From a virus (lineage: Duplodnaviria > Heunggongvirae > Uroviricota > Caudoviricetes), in IMG/VR virus record IMGVR_UViG_2875683775_000003: a DNA stretch of 16,662 bases. One strand, written 5' to 3'. Positions 1-8,680 of the stretch are shown here, one piece after another. Under the pieces are notes generated by a model. The model searched no databases. It saw nothing but the letters and a program-made list of their open reading frames with translations, and was not told the DNA's origin. A program made the translations under genes and the position numbers. Each line of letters opens with the position of its first letter. The stretch's first letter is position 1.

Positions 1-234
1 ATGAAATCAAAAGACACCCTAAAGTGGTTCCCTGCGCAGCTTCCTGAAGTAAGAATTATCCTAGGGGATGCTGTAGTGGAAGTAGCAAAACAGGGAAGAC
101 CTATCAATACCAGAACATTGCTTGATTACATTGAAGGAAACATAAAGAAAAAATCATGGCTGGATAACAAAGAATTATTACAAACAGCGATATCAGTTCT
201 TAAAGACAACCAAAATTTAAATGGTAAAATGTAA
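1..234 (+). CDS. ynaE: Small prophage protein of the YnaE/YdfK type (cold-shock-associated, function unknown)
   Basis: 77-aa ORF with ATG at window position 1, located next to the pinR-like gene as in my recollection of K-12 Rac. The sequence fits my memory of YnaE/YdfK but was not checked. The true N-terminus could lie beyond the window edge. Confidence 0.55.
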   Translation: MKSKDTLKWFPAQLPEVRIILGDAVVEVAKQGRPINTRTLLDYIEGNIKKKSWLDNKELLQTAISVLKDNQNLNGKM

Positions 235-550
235 TATAATAAACTTACTTTTTTATCATTTTTCCACTTTAACAACATTTTGCTCCACTTTTCCACGACC
301 AAACAACTTGAAATCTGGTTAAAATAACACGCAACACTATTCTTCTTCCTTGAGTCCGCCTGGAACTCGAAAAACAAACCGAGTTAAAGCCATTTTTCAC
401 AAAATCGATTTTGGGTCTCACCAAAATTACGGGGTTGCATACGCATTCGTTTATTTTCGAACGTGTACATACAAATATGCACAAAAATAATCAAAATTAT
501 TTTCTGAGATGCATTATGATATGAACACCAATTTCGTATAGAGTCTCACT

Positions 551-1141
551 ATGTCTCAAATTTTTGCTTACTGTCGGATATCAACGCTGGATCAGACCAC
601 CGAAAATCAACGCCGGGAAATCGAAAGTGCAGGTTTTAAAATCAAACCTCAGCAAATAATCGAAGAACACATTAGTGGCTCAGCAGCAACCAGTGAGCGT
701 CCTGGTTTTAACCGGTTGCTTGCTCGCCTGAAATGTGGTGATCAATTGATTGTGACAAAATTGGATCGCCTTGGTTGTAATGCAATGGATATCAGGAAAA
801 CAGTGGAACAACTGACCGAAACAGGTATCAGAGTGCATTGCTTAGCATTGGGGGGCATTGACCTGACCAGTCCAACAGGAAAAATGATGATGCAAGTAAT
901 TTCAGCAGTCGCTGAATTTGAACGAGACCTTTTACTTGAACGCACTCATTCCGGGATAGTAAGAGCCCGCGGCGCAGGGAAACGTTTTGGTCGACCACCT
1001 GTGTTAAATGAAGAACAGAAACAGGTGGTATTCGAACGAATTAAGTCAGGTGTAAGTATAAGTGCCATTGCCCGGGAATTCAAAACCTCGCGGCAAACCA
1101 TTTTAAGAGCCAAAGCAAAACTTCAGACACCTGACATATAA
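551..1141 (+). CDS. pinR: Serine recombinase of the resolvase/invertase family, PinR-like
   Basis: 196-aa ORF. N-terminal catalytic motif YCRISTLDQ (catalytic Ser near residue 11) and C-terminal helix-turn-helix ([17 protein letters not shown]). Length matches PinR/PinQ of E. coli cryptic prophages. Confidence 0.85.
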   Translation: MSQIFAYCRISTLDQTTENQRREIESAGFKIKPQQIIEEHISGSAATSERPGFNRLLARLKCGDQLIVTKLDRLGCNAMDIRKTVEQLTETGIRVHCLALGGIDLTSPTGKMMMQVISAVAEFERDLLLERTHSGIVRARGAGKRFGRPPVLNEEQKQVVFERIKSGVSISAIAREFKTSRQTILRAKAKLQTPDI

Positions 1142-1238
1142 AAAATAATCTCGGTGTGAGATGCTTTACGTCTTCCAAGCCCCCTTCCTTGCCGTAAATG
1201 GAAAGATACATCTAATTATAGAATTTATATGTTTTACC

Positions 1239-1349
1239 CTACGGCAGTGCTGGCCATTCAATATCCTGTGCAGTTGACGTATCAACACGGTTCAGCAATA
1301 CCCGATACTTTTTCCATGCTTCCAGCAACGAGGTTTCTTCCTCCGTTGC
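1239..1349 (-). pseudogene. 3' remnant of a tail fibre assembly (Tfa) gene
   Basis: The last ~36 codons of the track ORF 1239..1424 read [36 protein letters not shown], which matches the conserved C-terminus of lambdoid Tfa proteins. The upstream part of that frame is unrelated, and no start codon or intact N-terminal body is present. Confidence 0.5.
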
Positions 1350-1368
1350 ATATACAGCCCACCTTTTT

Positions 1369-1662
1369 TCACCCACGATTAACCAACAGCCAGACCAGCA
1401 GACACGCCACCACCGGCACAGCAAAATCCATCAGGCTTGCCACATCCCACGCGCGCGGATCAAAACCGCCCCACCACGGCATATTCATTCGCTTGCCATG
1501 CCCGAACATTTCAATCCAGCGATATTCTGCCTGGGTATGTTCACGCGCAATGAAGAACGTACAACCGGCTATCGCTCCGTAAGCCCAGTTTCCGGTAAAA
1601 AGACCAACCAGTATCTGCGCAGCCACAGCACAAAGTGCATGAAGTAAGGGGCTTATATCCAT
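1369..1662 (-). CDS. Small hydrophobic protein with 2-3 predicted membrane spans, unknown function
   Basis: 97-aa ORF with a strong RBS (AAAGGAGG, 7 nt before the ATG), 12 nt downstream of the preceding gene's stop. Hydrophobic segments [30 protein letters not shown] and [15 protein letters not shown]. No family recognised. Confidence 0.6.
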   Translation of the reverse strand: MDISPLLHALCAVAAQILVGLFTGNWAYGAIAGCTFFIAREHTQAEYRWIEMFGHGKRMNMPWWGGFDPRAWDVASLMDFAVPVVACLLVWLLVNRG

Positions 1663-1674
1663 TATTTCCTCCTT

Positions 1675-1953
1675 TCAGCTCCATTCCCGAAGCGGTGTTT
1701 CCAGCTCCACGACATAATCAGAGAATACAGAAACATCAAACAAGTCATCAAGAATGCGAATGTTGACAAAATAACCGTTATTCCGGATACAGACAGGTTC
1801 TCCCTCTTCAGTTACCCCTGTTTCTGTGTAGGTGAAACCAATTTCATCGACTAACAGTTTATTCTGGAGGTCTTCATCTTCCTCCCAGTCAAGAGATGAC
1901 AGGAAGGATTTAAACTCTCTGTTACCAGGAAATTTCAAAGTTAAATCTTTCAT
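1675..1953 (-). CDS. Small acidic protein translationally coupled to the tail fibre gene; possible fibre chaperone or accessory protein
   Basis: 92-aa ORF whose ATG overlaps the tail fibre stop (ATGA overlap at 1950-1953). Strong RBS AAGGAGG 5 nt upstream. Very acidic composition (DWEEDEDLQ...). No family recognised. Confidence 0.6.
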   Translation of the reverse strand: MKDLTLKFPGNREFKSFLSSLDWEEDEDLQNKLLVDEIGFTYTETGVTEEGEPVCIRNNGYFVNIRILDDLFDVSVFSDYVVELETPLREWS

Positions 1954-4175
1954 ACTGCCTCCTTGATTTGCCTGTCATTTAATTCTTTAAACCAGACTCT
2001 GAAATTTCTGATGTGTCCAAACAAATGACGCGTTCCTGCTGCGGTCTGCCCACCAAACCGGTACGATGTTGCTGTAACTCCAAATATTTTACCATTAAGG
2101 TTTGTTGTATAATTACCATTGCATATTGCATTTACTGATAAATCAGATTTAGCTCTCACACCCACAATGAACCTTTCTCCATCTGAGGAAATTTGTGGCT
2201 GAACCATTCCTACGTTGGCGCTTATCTTTCCTGTTGAAACAAACCCCAGCGATAAATAATTATCATCAATACTGTGCCCTCCAACATCAAATATCCTTGG
2301 CGCAACATTGGGCGGTGTACTCCAGTTCCTCCTTACTTCGCACAATACTGTAAAAGGCCGTGTTGACAGGTTATTCGCCGAGGGGATAGTAACCACATCA
2401 CTTGCGCGTGTTGTTGGCATTGTAGTTACAATAAATGACGATGCCGTATTGCCCAGTTCAATTTGCGGCGTCGTCATGGTTAATGTTGAGTCATCATAGA
2501 ATGGCTCATTACTTATTTTATTTGTCATATAAAAAGCACAGTTAACGGTATCAATGTCCGTATTAGCTGTATAAGTGGCCTCATAGTAGGTCCACTCGCC
2601 CTGTTGTTCAGCTTTGGCTGTTATAAGGGATGTATTACCGCTTACTGTTGCGATCCGGGTATCCAGATCAAGATAAGAGTCAGCAGAGAATGTATCTGTT
2701 CCACCAATAATAACTGAAACTCTTAACCTGCATCGTGCTTTAGCGCCTTTAACCCGGCACGAAAAAGTGAAACATTCACCACTTGCCAGCGGGAATCTGT
2801 CTGCTGCAACCACACCATGCACAGTATAGCCACCTGTTGTTCCCACTATACTTTCCGTGGGTGTCACCGTGGCATAATTGAACCCCTGTTTATCAGTGCC
2901 AAATGTTTTATTCAGTGCGGAATGAACAGTCCATGAGTCTGGTTTATTTGAGTTCCTCAGATAATTTGTCCTCTGTCCTTCAATCAATAAGCCATCGCGC
3001 TCAAATCGCGGTTCGTCAACTTCAGCAAGCTTGAGTTGGCCGGACTTATTAATATACGTTGCTGTTGAAGCACGTTTAAACTTAACAATCTTGTCGCCTG
3101 GCATTGTTATTTCATCGTCACCAATAACAATCTTTTTATAAGATGGCGAAAAACCCGTAATCATATCCAGCGAATCGTTAAACGGTATCCACACATCAGG
3201 CAGCGGCGGCACTATATTCGCACAGGGCTCTGCAGTCACTTCCGCTGCGGATTCTGCGCGGTCTGCCGCCTTTTCAGCTCGTGTCGCTGCCGACAGAGCC
3301 TCATCCTTTTTCTGCCCGGCCTTTGTTGCGTCTGCTGCGGCCTCCCGCGCTTTTGTGGTGGCGACTCCGGCATTTTCAGCGGCTGACTCTGCATTACGGC
3401 GGGAAGCCTCTTCACTGTCTGCGGAGGCTTCTTCTGACGCACGGGCATTTGTCTCTGAACGTTCTGCCGCTGTTGCTGCGTTTTGTGCGGCTGTTTTTGA
3501 AGAAGCTGCCGCTTTCGCGCTGTTACCTGCATTCGTCTCTGATGTTTTCGCCGCGTTCCTGGACGATGCCGCTGCTGTTTCTGATTTCTTTGCTGCCGCT
3601 GCGCTCTGAGAGGCGGCTTCAGCGTTGCGTGCTGCTTCTTCCACCATTGCCTCAAAACGACGCAATGCCTCCGGCATGACATCATCTTCCGTCATGGCAC
3701 CGAGAAAATCATTCAGCGTACCAGGTCTGGAACCTTCATAGACGGTAATGGTTCCGGCATGTGAAGGCGGAAAACCTTCAACCAGCAGGGTGACGCTGTA
3801 CTGGCCATACTCGACATCCATGCTGTAACGCCCGGCTTCATCCGGATTTTCAGAGGCTACCGTGTTCACCAGTACCGTGGTGCTGTTACGCTTTGCCTTC
3901 AGTTGAATAGTGCAGTTCTGTATTGGTTTTCCCGCACCATCTTTCAGCACACCTGAGATTTTTACTGCTGCCATATTCGGAGCTGACGGCCCCGGTACGA
4001 TATCTTCGGTTTTCGCCTCAGGCGCAACTGGCGCGGTTACCGTCTGATCTTTTGCTGCGGCGTCAGCTTTTGCGTTTTTTGCTACCGCAGGGATAAAACC
4101 TACCTGCTCACGGGATACAATATCCAGGGCGGTATAAATAGTCGGGATCAACCCGGTCAGGGTATTTCCAGCCAT
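1950..4175 (-). CDS. Side tail fibre protein: lambdoid Stf-like N-terminus with a divergent C-terminal receptor-binding region
   Basis: 741 aa from ATG at 4175 (RBS AAGGAA 9 nt upstream); the track ORF start at 4268 is upstream read-through. The N-terminal ~330 aa is Stf-like (MAGNTLTGLIPTIYTALD... followed by an Ala/Ser/Glu-rich coiled-coil repeat). The C-terminal ~400 aa (from ...PLPDVWIPFNDSLD... to ...HIRNFRVWFKELNDRQIKEAV) is unlike the K-12 StfR tip I recall. Confidence 0.85.
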   Translation of the reverse strand: MAGNTLTGLIPTIYTALDIVSREQVGFIPAVAKNAKADAAAKDQTVTAPVAPEAKTEDIVPGPSAPNMAAVKISGVLKDGAGKPIQNCTIQLKAKRNSTTVLVNTVASENPDEAGRYSMDVEYGQYSVTLLVEGFPPSHAGTITVYEGSRPGTLNDFLGAMTEDDVMPEALRRFEAMVEEAARNAEAASQSAAAAKKSETAAASSRNAAKTSETNAGNSAKAAASSKTAAQNAATAAERSETNARASEEASADSEEASRRNAESAAENAGVATTKAREAAADATKAGQKKDEALSAATRAEKAADRAESAAEVTAEPCANIVPPLPDVWIPFNDSLDMITGFSPSYKKIVIGDDEITMPGDKIVKFKRASTATYINKSGQLKLAEVDEPRFERDGLLIEGQRTNYLRNSNKPDSWTVHSALNKTFGTDKQGFNYATVTPTESIVGTTGGYTVHGVVAADRFPLASGECFTFSCRVKGAKARCRLRVSVIIGGTDTFSADSYLDLDTRIATVSGNTSLITAKAEQQGEWTYYEATYTANTDIDTVNCAFYMTNKISNEPFYDDSTLTMTTPQIELGNTASSFIVTTMPTTRASDVVTIPSANNLSTRPFTVLCEVRRNWSTPPNVAPRIFDVGGHSIDDNYLSLGFVSTGKISANVGMVQPQISSDGERFIVGVRAKSDLSVNAICNGNYTTNLNGKIFGVTATSYRFGGQTAAGTRHLFGHIRNFRVWFKELNDRQIKEAV

Positions 4176-4273
4176 AATTAAATATTCCTTAAAAATTTGC
4201 GTAATTGTGAATAGATGGAGTAATGAGCTATCCAGCCCTGACACCAGCTCCCATCCGGAAGCTGACAAATGTG

Positions 4274-5038
4274 TTAATCAACAATTGTGATACCGTCTTT
4301 CAATGCGTTTTGCTTACCTGCAACATCCAGTGCATCAAAAGCAGAGCGTTTCATCGTTTTCTGACCAATATCATGCTGTGTCGGACGGGAGCCGCCGCCA
4401 TTGTTGCCACTGGCTTTCAGGATGTAGTCTTTCTGAGGGTAATTTTCGACGAGGAACTCCAGCGCCTCATCAAACTGCGCCAGTTCGCCAGGCTTCGCGC
4501 GGGAATAAATTTTGTTGCCGGAAGCGTCATAAGCAACGATCTTCCCTTCTTCCACTTTGAATGCCTGCCCGAAGCGGGCTTGTAATAAATCTGCCGGGAT
4601 CGCAATTTTATCGGCAATATATTTTGAACCCGCAAAACTACCGCCAATCATAGAATCGTAAAGCTGCGTCTCCAGCATCTGAGAGCGTTGCTTTTCTTCA
4701 TCTAATTGCTGCTGAAAATTTTTCGTAATTTCTGCCTTAACCTGGTCAACCTGTCCCGCATCGATCAGCTTTTTCTGGTCGATTTTTGACAGCATTTCCA
4801 GTGCCTCGATCGCCTTCTTCGGGTCTTCGATAGCGGCAAACTTAGCCAGTTTTTCCTCTGCAGCTTCTTTAGCCAGGCGATGATTTTTTGCCTCGCCATT
4901 AAGCTCTGTAATTTTTTTTATCGCCAGCGGTGCATCGAAGCCGATTTCTTTACCATCGTCGTGCACATAAACTGGCAGGCCAGCAGTATCAATTTCTGCG
5001 TATTGTTTTCCGTTAATCTCGACCGTTTTCAGTTTCAT
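4274..5038 (-). CDS. Phage protein of unknown function, coiled-coil rich with a Gly-rich C-terminal segment
   Basis: 254 aa from ATG at 5038 (MKLKTVEINGKQYAEID...). The track ORF start at 5110 is a GTG that overlaps a terminator hairpin and is unlikely to be used. Lys/Glu/Ala-rich heptad-like middle region. Occupies the position where K-12 Rac carries the ydaY pseudogene (recollection). Confidence 0.6.
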   Translation of the reverse strand: MKLKTVEINGKQYAEIDTAGLPVYVHDDGKEIGFDAPLAIKKITELNGEAKNHRLAKEAAEEKLAKFAAIEDPKKAIEALEMLSKIDQKKLIDAGQVDQVKAEITKNFQQQLDEEKQRSQMLETQLYDSMIGGSFAGSKYIADKIAIPADLLQARFGQAFKVEEGKIVAYDASGNKIYSRAKPGELAQFDEALEFLVENYPQKDYILKASGNNGGGSRPTQHDIGQKTMKRSAFDALDVAGKQNALKDGITIVD

Positions 5039-5095
5039 ATTAGTACCTGGTTTAAGTCTTCCGACAGTTACGCTGCTCACCATCCGGATCGCAGC

Positions 5096-5122
5096 AATAA
5101 AAAAGGCCACCCGAAGGTAGCC
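5096..5122 (-). terminator. Candidate intrinsic terminator downstream of the ParB-like gene
   Basis: On the minus-strand RNA: GGCUACC-UUCG-GGUGGCC (7-bp stem with one G-U pair, UUCG tetraloop) followed immediately by UUUUUUAUU. Confidence 0.55.
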
Positions 5123-5142
5123 TGTTGTAATAAATGATTTAT

Positions 5143-5574
5143 TTAAATCCCTGCTTTTCTGAATACCTGTGCATCACGCTCACGGAGTTGCTTCAGCGTC
5201 AGCCATTCGCCTTTATCGGTGTAAAATTCATCTGGCGACATACCGCCATCCCGAATCAGCTTTGCCCGGGTTTCCCCCACAATCTGTTTTTGTCTGGTGT
5301 AAGGCTGACGCAAAAACCATTCCCTGTAGGTTGTATCTCCGGCCAGAACAATGACCGGAACAGAATCCATTTTGAGCATTTCAGCCGCCATAACACGACC
5401 GTGACCCGCAATAATTTCGCCCTTTTCGTCAATCAGCACCGGATTAGTCCAGCCGAATTGCTTAATACTTTCTACCAGTTGTGCCACCTGCTCAGTACTG
5501 TGCGTCCTGGCGTTGTGCGCATACGGTGACAATTCTTGTAATGGGCGATAGACTATCTTTAATTTCTCGCTCAT
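5143..5574 (-). CDS. ParB-like nuclease domain protein
   Basis: 143-aa ORF with an AAGG RBS. The N-terminal 80 aa (VYRPLQELSPYAHNARTHSTEQVAQLVESIKQFGWTNPVLIDEKGEIIAGHGRVMAA) has the hallmarks of the ParB/Srx N-terminal nuclease-like fold. Position corresponds to ynaK of K-12 Rac (recollection, unverified). Confidence 0.7.
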   Translation of the reverse strand: MSEKLKIVYRPLQELSPYAHNARTHSTEQVAQLVESIKQFGWTNPVLIDEKGEIIAGHGRVMAAEMLKMDSVPVIVLAGDTTYREWFLRQPYTRQKQIVGETRAKLIRDGGMSPDEFYTDKGEWLTLKQLRERDAQVFRKAGI

Positions 5575-5590
5575 ACAGCCTTGCTTTATG

Positions 5591-5625
5591 AATAAAACGC
5601 ACCCCAGCAGCCAGTGCTACTGGGG
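5591..5625 (-). terminator. Candidate terminator downstream of trkG
   Basis: 6-bp GC stem (CCCCAG/CUGGGG, 12-nt loop) followed on the minus-strand RNA by UGCGUUUUAUU. The stem is weak, so this is tentative. Confidence 0.35.
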
Positions 5626-5711
5626 GCGGAGGTGTTGCTGGTAAAGTTAGGTATTGGATCAATGAGTGAGTCAATATAATATTAAACTCACAATTATAAA
5701 TCAGCCATATA

Positions 5712-7170
5712 TTAGGAGCGCCAAAAAAAACCTGAAAACAATATAATAACAGGATAAATTTCAAGGCGACCAAGAATCATAGCTATGCACATTAAATATT
5801 TTGCAATGTCATTAAGCACTCCGAATGACGATGCAGTAGCCCCAAAACCTAATCCCATATTATTAATACATGCAGCCACTGTTGCAAATGATGTAAGAAA
5901 ATCATATCCCATACCATTTAACACCAGTATAAAAAACACCGTGAAGAGAGTATAAAGAAAAAAGAAACTCCATACAGACCTCATTACACGATCTGTAACT
6001 ATCTTCCCTCCTACATTTACACTCAACAACGCTCTGGGATGAGAAAGCTGATTTATCTCGTGTTTGCTTTGTTTGAAAAGTATAAGAAATCGAAGTGACT
6101 TAATTCCACCACAAGTTGAACCTATACATCCCCCAAAGAAACTTGACGACAGCAAAAACACTATCGTGTGCGTGGGCCAGCTTGCATAATCCTGCGTAGC
6201 TAAACCATTATCAGTGAGCATGGAGCTGGCAAGAAAAAACGAATGAATAAAACTTCCATGCAAGTCATACATACCTATATGCCAGACCTGGAAAGAGGTA
6301 ACAATGATCACCCCTAAGGCTATTAACAGAAAGAAACGAAGTTCAATATCTCTGATTAAAGGTTTTATCGTTTTCCTGCTAATAACAATATACCAAAGAG
6401 TGAAGTTGAAAGCCGATAGCAGGGAAAAAGAACCAGCCACCAGCTCAACCAAATAGTTATTAAAATATCCGATACTCTCGCTATGAGTTGAGAAACCACC
6501 AAGCGAAACTGTGGAAATCCCGTGACAAATAGCATCAAACAAAGGCATTCCTGCAAGTCTATAACAGACAATACAAGCAATACCTAATAAAGAATAAGTT
6601 ATCCACAGTGTCCGTGACGTATCGGCCAGGCGGGGAGTGAGTTTGTCATCCTTAAATGGCCCCGGCATTTCTGACTGATAAAGCTTTGCACCACCAATAC
6701 CCAATAATGGCAATACAGCAACCGCCAGAACAATAACTCCTAAACCACCTATAAAATTTAACTGTGACCGATAGTACAAATATGCCCGAGGTAATGAACT
6801 AACATCATCAATTACAGTTGCTCCTGTTGTTGTTATTCCAGAAACCCCTTCAAACAGAGCATCAATGAACGTTAAATTAAGTTCTGAGTCAATCCATAAA
6901 GGGAATGCACTAATAACAGAAAACAAAATCCAAAACATTACAATTATAATAAACCCATCACGGGTACGTAATTGAATGCCAGATTTCTTAGTTGTATACC
7001 ACGCTCCGCCACCAATGCAAAAAAAATATAACGAAAGTTATAAAGAAAACGAATAGGCTTTTTTCTTTATAAAACAATGCTACAACCATTGGTGGCAACA
7101 TTGAAAGACTATAGAGCCAAACCAGGAACCCACACATATGAGTAACAACTCTTACATGAGATGTATTCAT
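5712..7170 (-). pseudogene. trkG: TrkG/TrkH-family potassium uptake protein gene, disrupted by a +1 frameshift
   Basis: An N-terminal 50-codon fragment (MNTSHVRVVTHMCGF...FVIFF, within track ORF 6988..7188) and a C-terminal 408-aa ORF (5712..6938) lie in different frames. The frame of the large ORF is open upstream to 7037 and reads ...FFCIGGGAWYTTKKSGIQLRTRDGFIIIV. The two frames meet at an A8 run at 7019-7026; removing one A gives a single 485-aa product, the length I recall for K-12 TrkG. Low GC, consistent with a moron. Confidence 0.85.
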
Positions 7171-7307
7171 ATCTAAATATTCTTTCAATTATAACCACCT
7201 TGCTGCAATATTATGATTATACTGTATAAAATTTAACTCCTCTTAGATCTTACTTCACTGTTCCTTATGAAACAATCATCAAAATGAATCATATTGTAGT
7301 TAAGATT

Positions 7308-7772
7308 TTACTTTAAACACTGTTCGGTTATGTATTGCTGAGCACCTTCAAGTTGGGCCTGCATCATTACCAGTCGTTCCCGGAGGGTGAAATAATCCCG
7401 TTCAGCGGTGTCTGCCAGTCGGGGGGAGGCTGCATTATCCACGCCGGAGGCGGTGGTGGCTTCACGCACTGACTGACAGACTGCTTTGATGTGCAACCGA
7501 CGACGACCAGCGGCAACATCATCACGCAGAGCATCATTTTCAGCTTTCGCATCAGCTAACTCCTTCGTGTATTTTGCATCGAGCGCAGCAACATCACGCT
7601 GACGCATCTGCATGTCAGTAATTGCCGCGTTCGCCAGCTTCAGTTCTCTGGCATTTTTGTCGCGCTGCTCTTTGTAGGCGGTGGCGTTATCACGGTAATG
7701 ATTAACAGCCCATGACAGGCAGACGATGATGCAGATAACCAGAGCATAAATAATCGCGGCGACTCTGCTCAC
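7308..7772 (-). CDS. rzpR: Rz-type i-spanin (inner-membrane spanin subunit)
   Basis: Track ORF 7308..7787. The product closely resembles lambda Rz (N-terminal membrane anchor [24 protein letters not shown], coiled-coil body). The likely start is a GTG overlapping the endolysin stop, which gives 154 aa; the start is uncertain. The symbol is by analogy with K-12 Rac. Confidence 0.7.
   Translation of the reverse strand: MSRVAAIIYALVICIIVCLSWAVNHYRDNATAYKEQRDKNARELKLANAAITDMQMRQRDVAALDAKYTKELADAKAENDALRDDVAAGRRRLHIKAVCQSVREATTASGVDNAASPRLADTAERDYFTLRERLVMMQAQLEGAQQYITEQCLK
7367..7552 (-). CDS. rzoR: Rz1-type o-spanin lipoprotein, embedded out of frame within Rz
   Basis: 61-aa ORF with lipobox LVVVGC and a proline-rich segment ([16 protein letters not shown]), fully nested in the +1 frame of the Rz gene. 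This is the classic Rz/Rz1 arrangement. Confidence 0.75.
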   Translation of the reverse strand: MRKLKMMLCVMMLPLVVVGCTSKQSVSQCVKPPPPPAWIMQPPPDWQTPLNGIISPSGNDW

Positions 7773-8302
7773 TGATCTATCCCCCAACAGGCTAATGCGC
7801 TTTCCTGGTCACGACGAATAACCTGTCCATAGCAGTTATTTGAACGTATGCGGCAATCGCGCCCACCATCTTTTATCCACCAGCGAATCGCCTCGCATGC
7901 ACCCTTACGATCACCGGCATTCAGCCGCTTATAAAACGTCGACGGGAAACACTTACCGGGGCCAATGTTATAGGGACAAAATGACGCTATACCCGCTTTC
8001 TGTGGTTCGGTCAGTGGTACTTTAATATTGCGCTCCACCCATGCCAGCGCCTTATCACGTTCAATAGCGTTAACCTGGTCGCATTTTTCCTTCGACAGCC
8101 TCATTCCCGGTATGACGGGCTTACCATCCACCATTGTGGCACCACGACAGATGGTCCATATACCGGAACCATCGCGGTATGCCGTTGTGTGGTTACCTTC
8201 TTTTTCATCCAGAAACTGGTCGAGAATATCAGGCGCAGGCGCACCGACGGCAATCAGTGCCAGAACGGCAGCCGACAGGCCGTATCTGATTTTTGCGTTC
8301 AT
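7769..8302 (-). CDS. SAR endolysin, T4-lysozyme-like (GH24), P21 R-type
   Basis: 177 aa. N-terminal weakly hydrophobic signal-anchor-release segment ([15 protein letters not shown]) followed by a lysozyme catalytic region ([20 protein letters not shown]). Overall resemblance to phage 21 R and DLP12/Qin endolysins. No obvious SD sequence. Confidence 0.8.
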   Translation of the reverse strand: MNAKIRYGLSAAVLALIAVGAPAPDILDQFLDEKEGNHTTAYRDGSGIWTICRGATMVDGKPVIPGMRLSKEKCDQVNAIERDKALAWVERNIKVPLTEPQKAGIASFCPYNIGPGKCFPSTFYKRLNAGDRKGACEAIRWWIKDGGRDCRIRSNNCYGQVIRRDQESALACWGIDQ

Positions 8303-8407
8303 GGATATTTATCAGGATTTATCGGTTTCTGAACCCTGGATATGTTTATCTGTCCCGGCCTGTTGAATCAGGCAAGGAATAGTTAAATACAATAGAGAGG
8401 ATTGTTT

Positions 8408-8680
8408 ATGGACAATAGCACCATTTCTCTACAGGAGTTGCTCGACTGCATTTCCAAGCTTCGGGATGATGTAAATGCCCTTACTGTCGCATTTTCATAT
8501 CTGGCATTCTCAATTCCCAAGGAACAAATGCAACCAACACTGGCATCGCTCCAGCTTGAATCACTCAACCCCAAATGGTCCCAGCAACAACAAAATTCTT
8601 TCAAGTGGCTGGCGGTATTACTGGAAGAAAAATATGCTGGTGAAATTACCATTTCGGCGGAGTCTTCAGTGAACCAGTAA
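8408..8680 (+). CDS. Hypothetical protein encoded antisense within the lysis cassette
   Basis: 90 aa from ATG at 8408 with RBS GAGAGG about 7 nt upstream; the track ORF begins at a TTG at 8402. Protein-like composition and no internal stops, while the minus strand of the same interval has only an implausible Cys/Ser-rich frame. Overlaps the 3' end of the 8646..8990 gene by 35 nt. No family recognised. Confidence 0.4.
   Translation: MDNSTISLQELLDCISKLRDDVNALTVAFSYLAFSIPKEQMQPTLASLQLESLNPKWSQQQQNSFKWLAVLLEEKYAGEITISAESSVNQ

Noticed and set aside
300-420. Possible gix/hix-like invertase crossover site (AAACCGAG... near 378-395)
   Set aside because: Only a short half-site-like match with no recognisable dyad partner. 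PinR-type enzymes are resolvase-like and need not use gix-type sites. Not supportable by eye.
1229-1582. Plus-strand 117-aa ORF overlapping the Tfa remnant and the 97-aa membrane-protein gene
   Set aside because: Pro/Thr/His-rich low-complexity product, antisense to two better-supported minus-strand features, no convincing RBS.
3236-3685. Three overlapping track ORFs (3236..3685 minus, 3281..3679 plus, 3355..3609 plus) inside the tail fibre gene
   Set aside because: They lie within the GC-rich Ala/Ser-repeat segment of stf, where low stop-codon frequency keeps every frame open. Their products are low-complexity Arg/Gln/Leu/Ala strings. Shadow ORFs of the real stf frame.
4176-4273. Hairpin AGCTTCC-GGAT-GGGAGCT on the minus strand between the coiled-coil protein gene and stf
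   Set aside because: No U-tract follows, so it is not a convincing terminator. It may be incidental or part of the stf leader.
7735-7805. Apparent one-base phase disagreement between my hand translation of the printed sequence and the ORF track, around the endolysin/Rz junction
   Set aside because: Most likely my own counting error at a line boundary. The ORF-track coordinates are internally consistent (lengths divisible by three), so I used them; local coordinates may be off by one.
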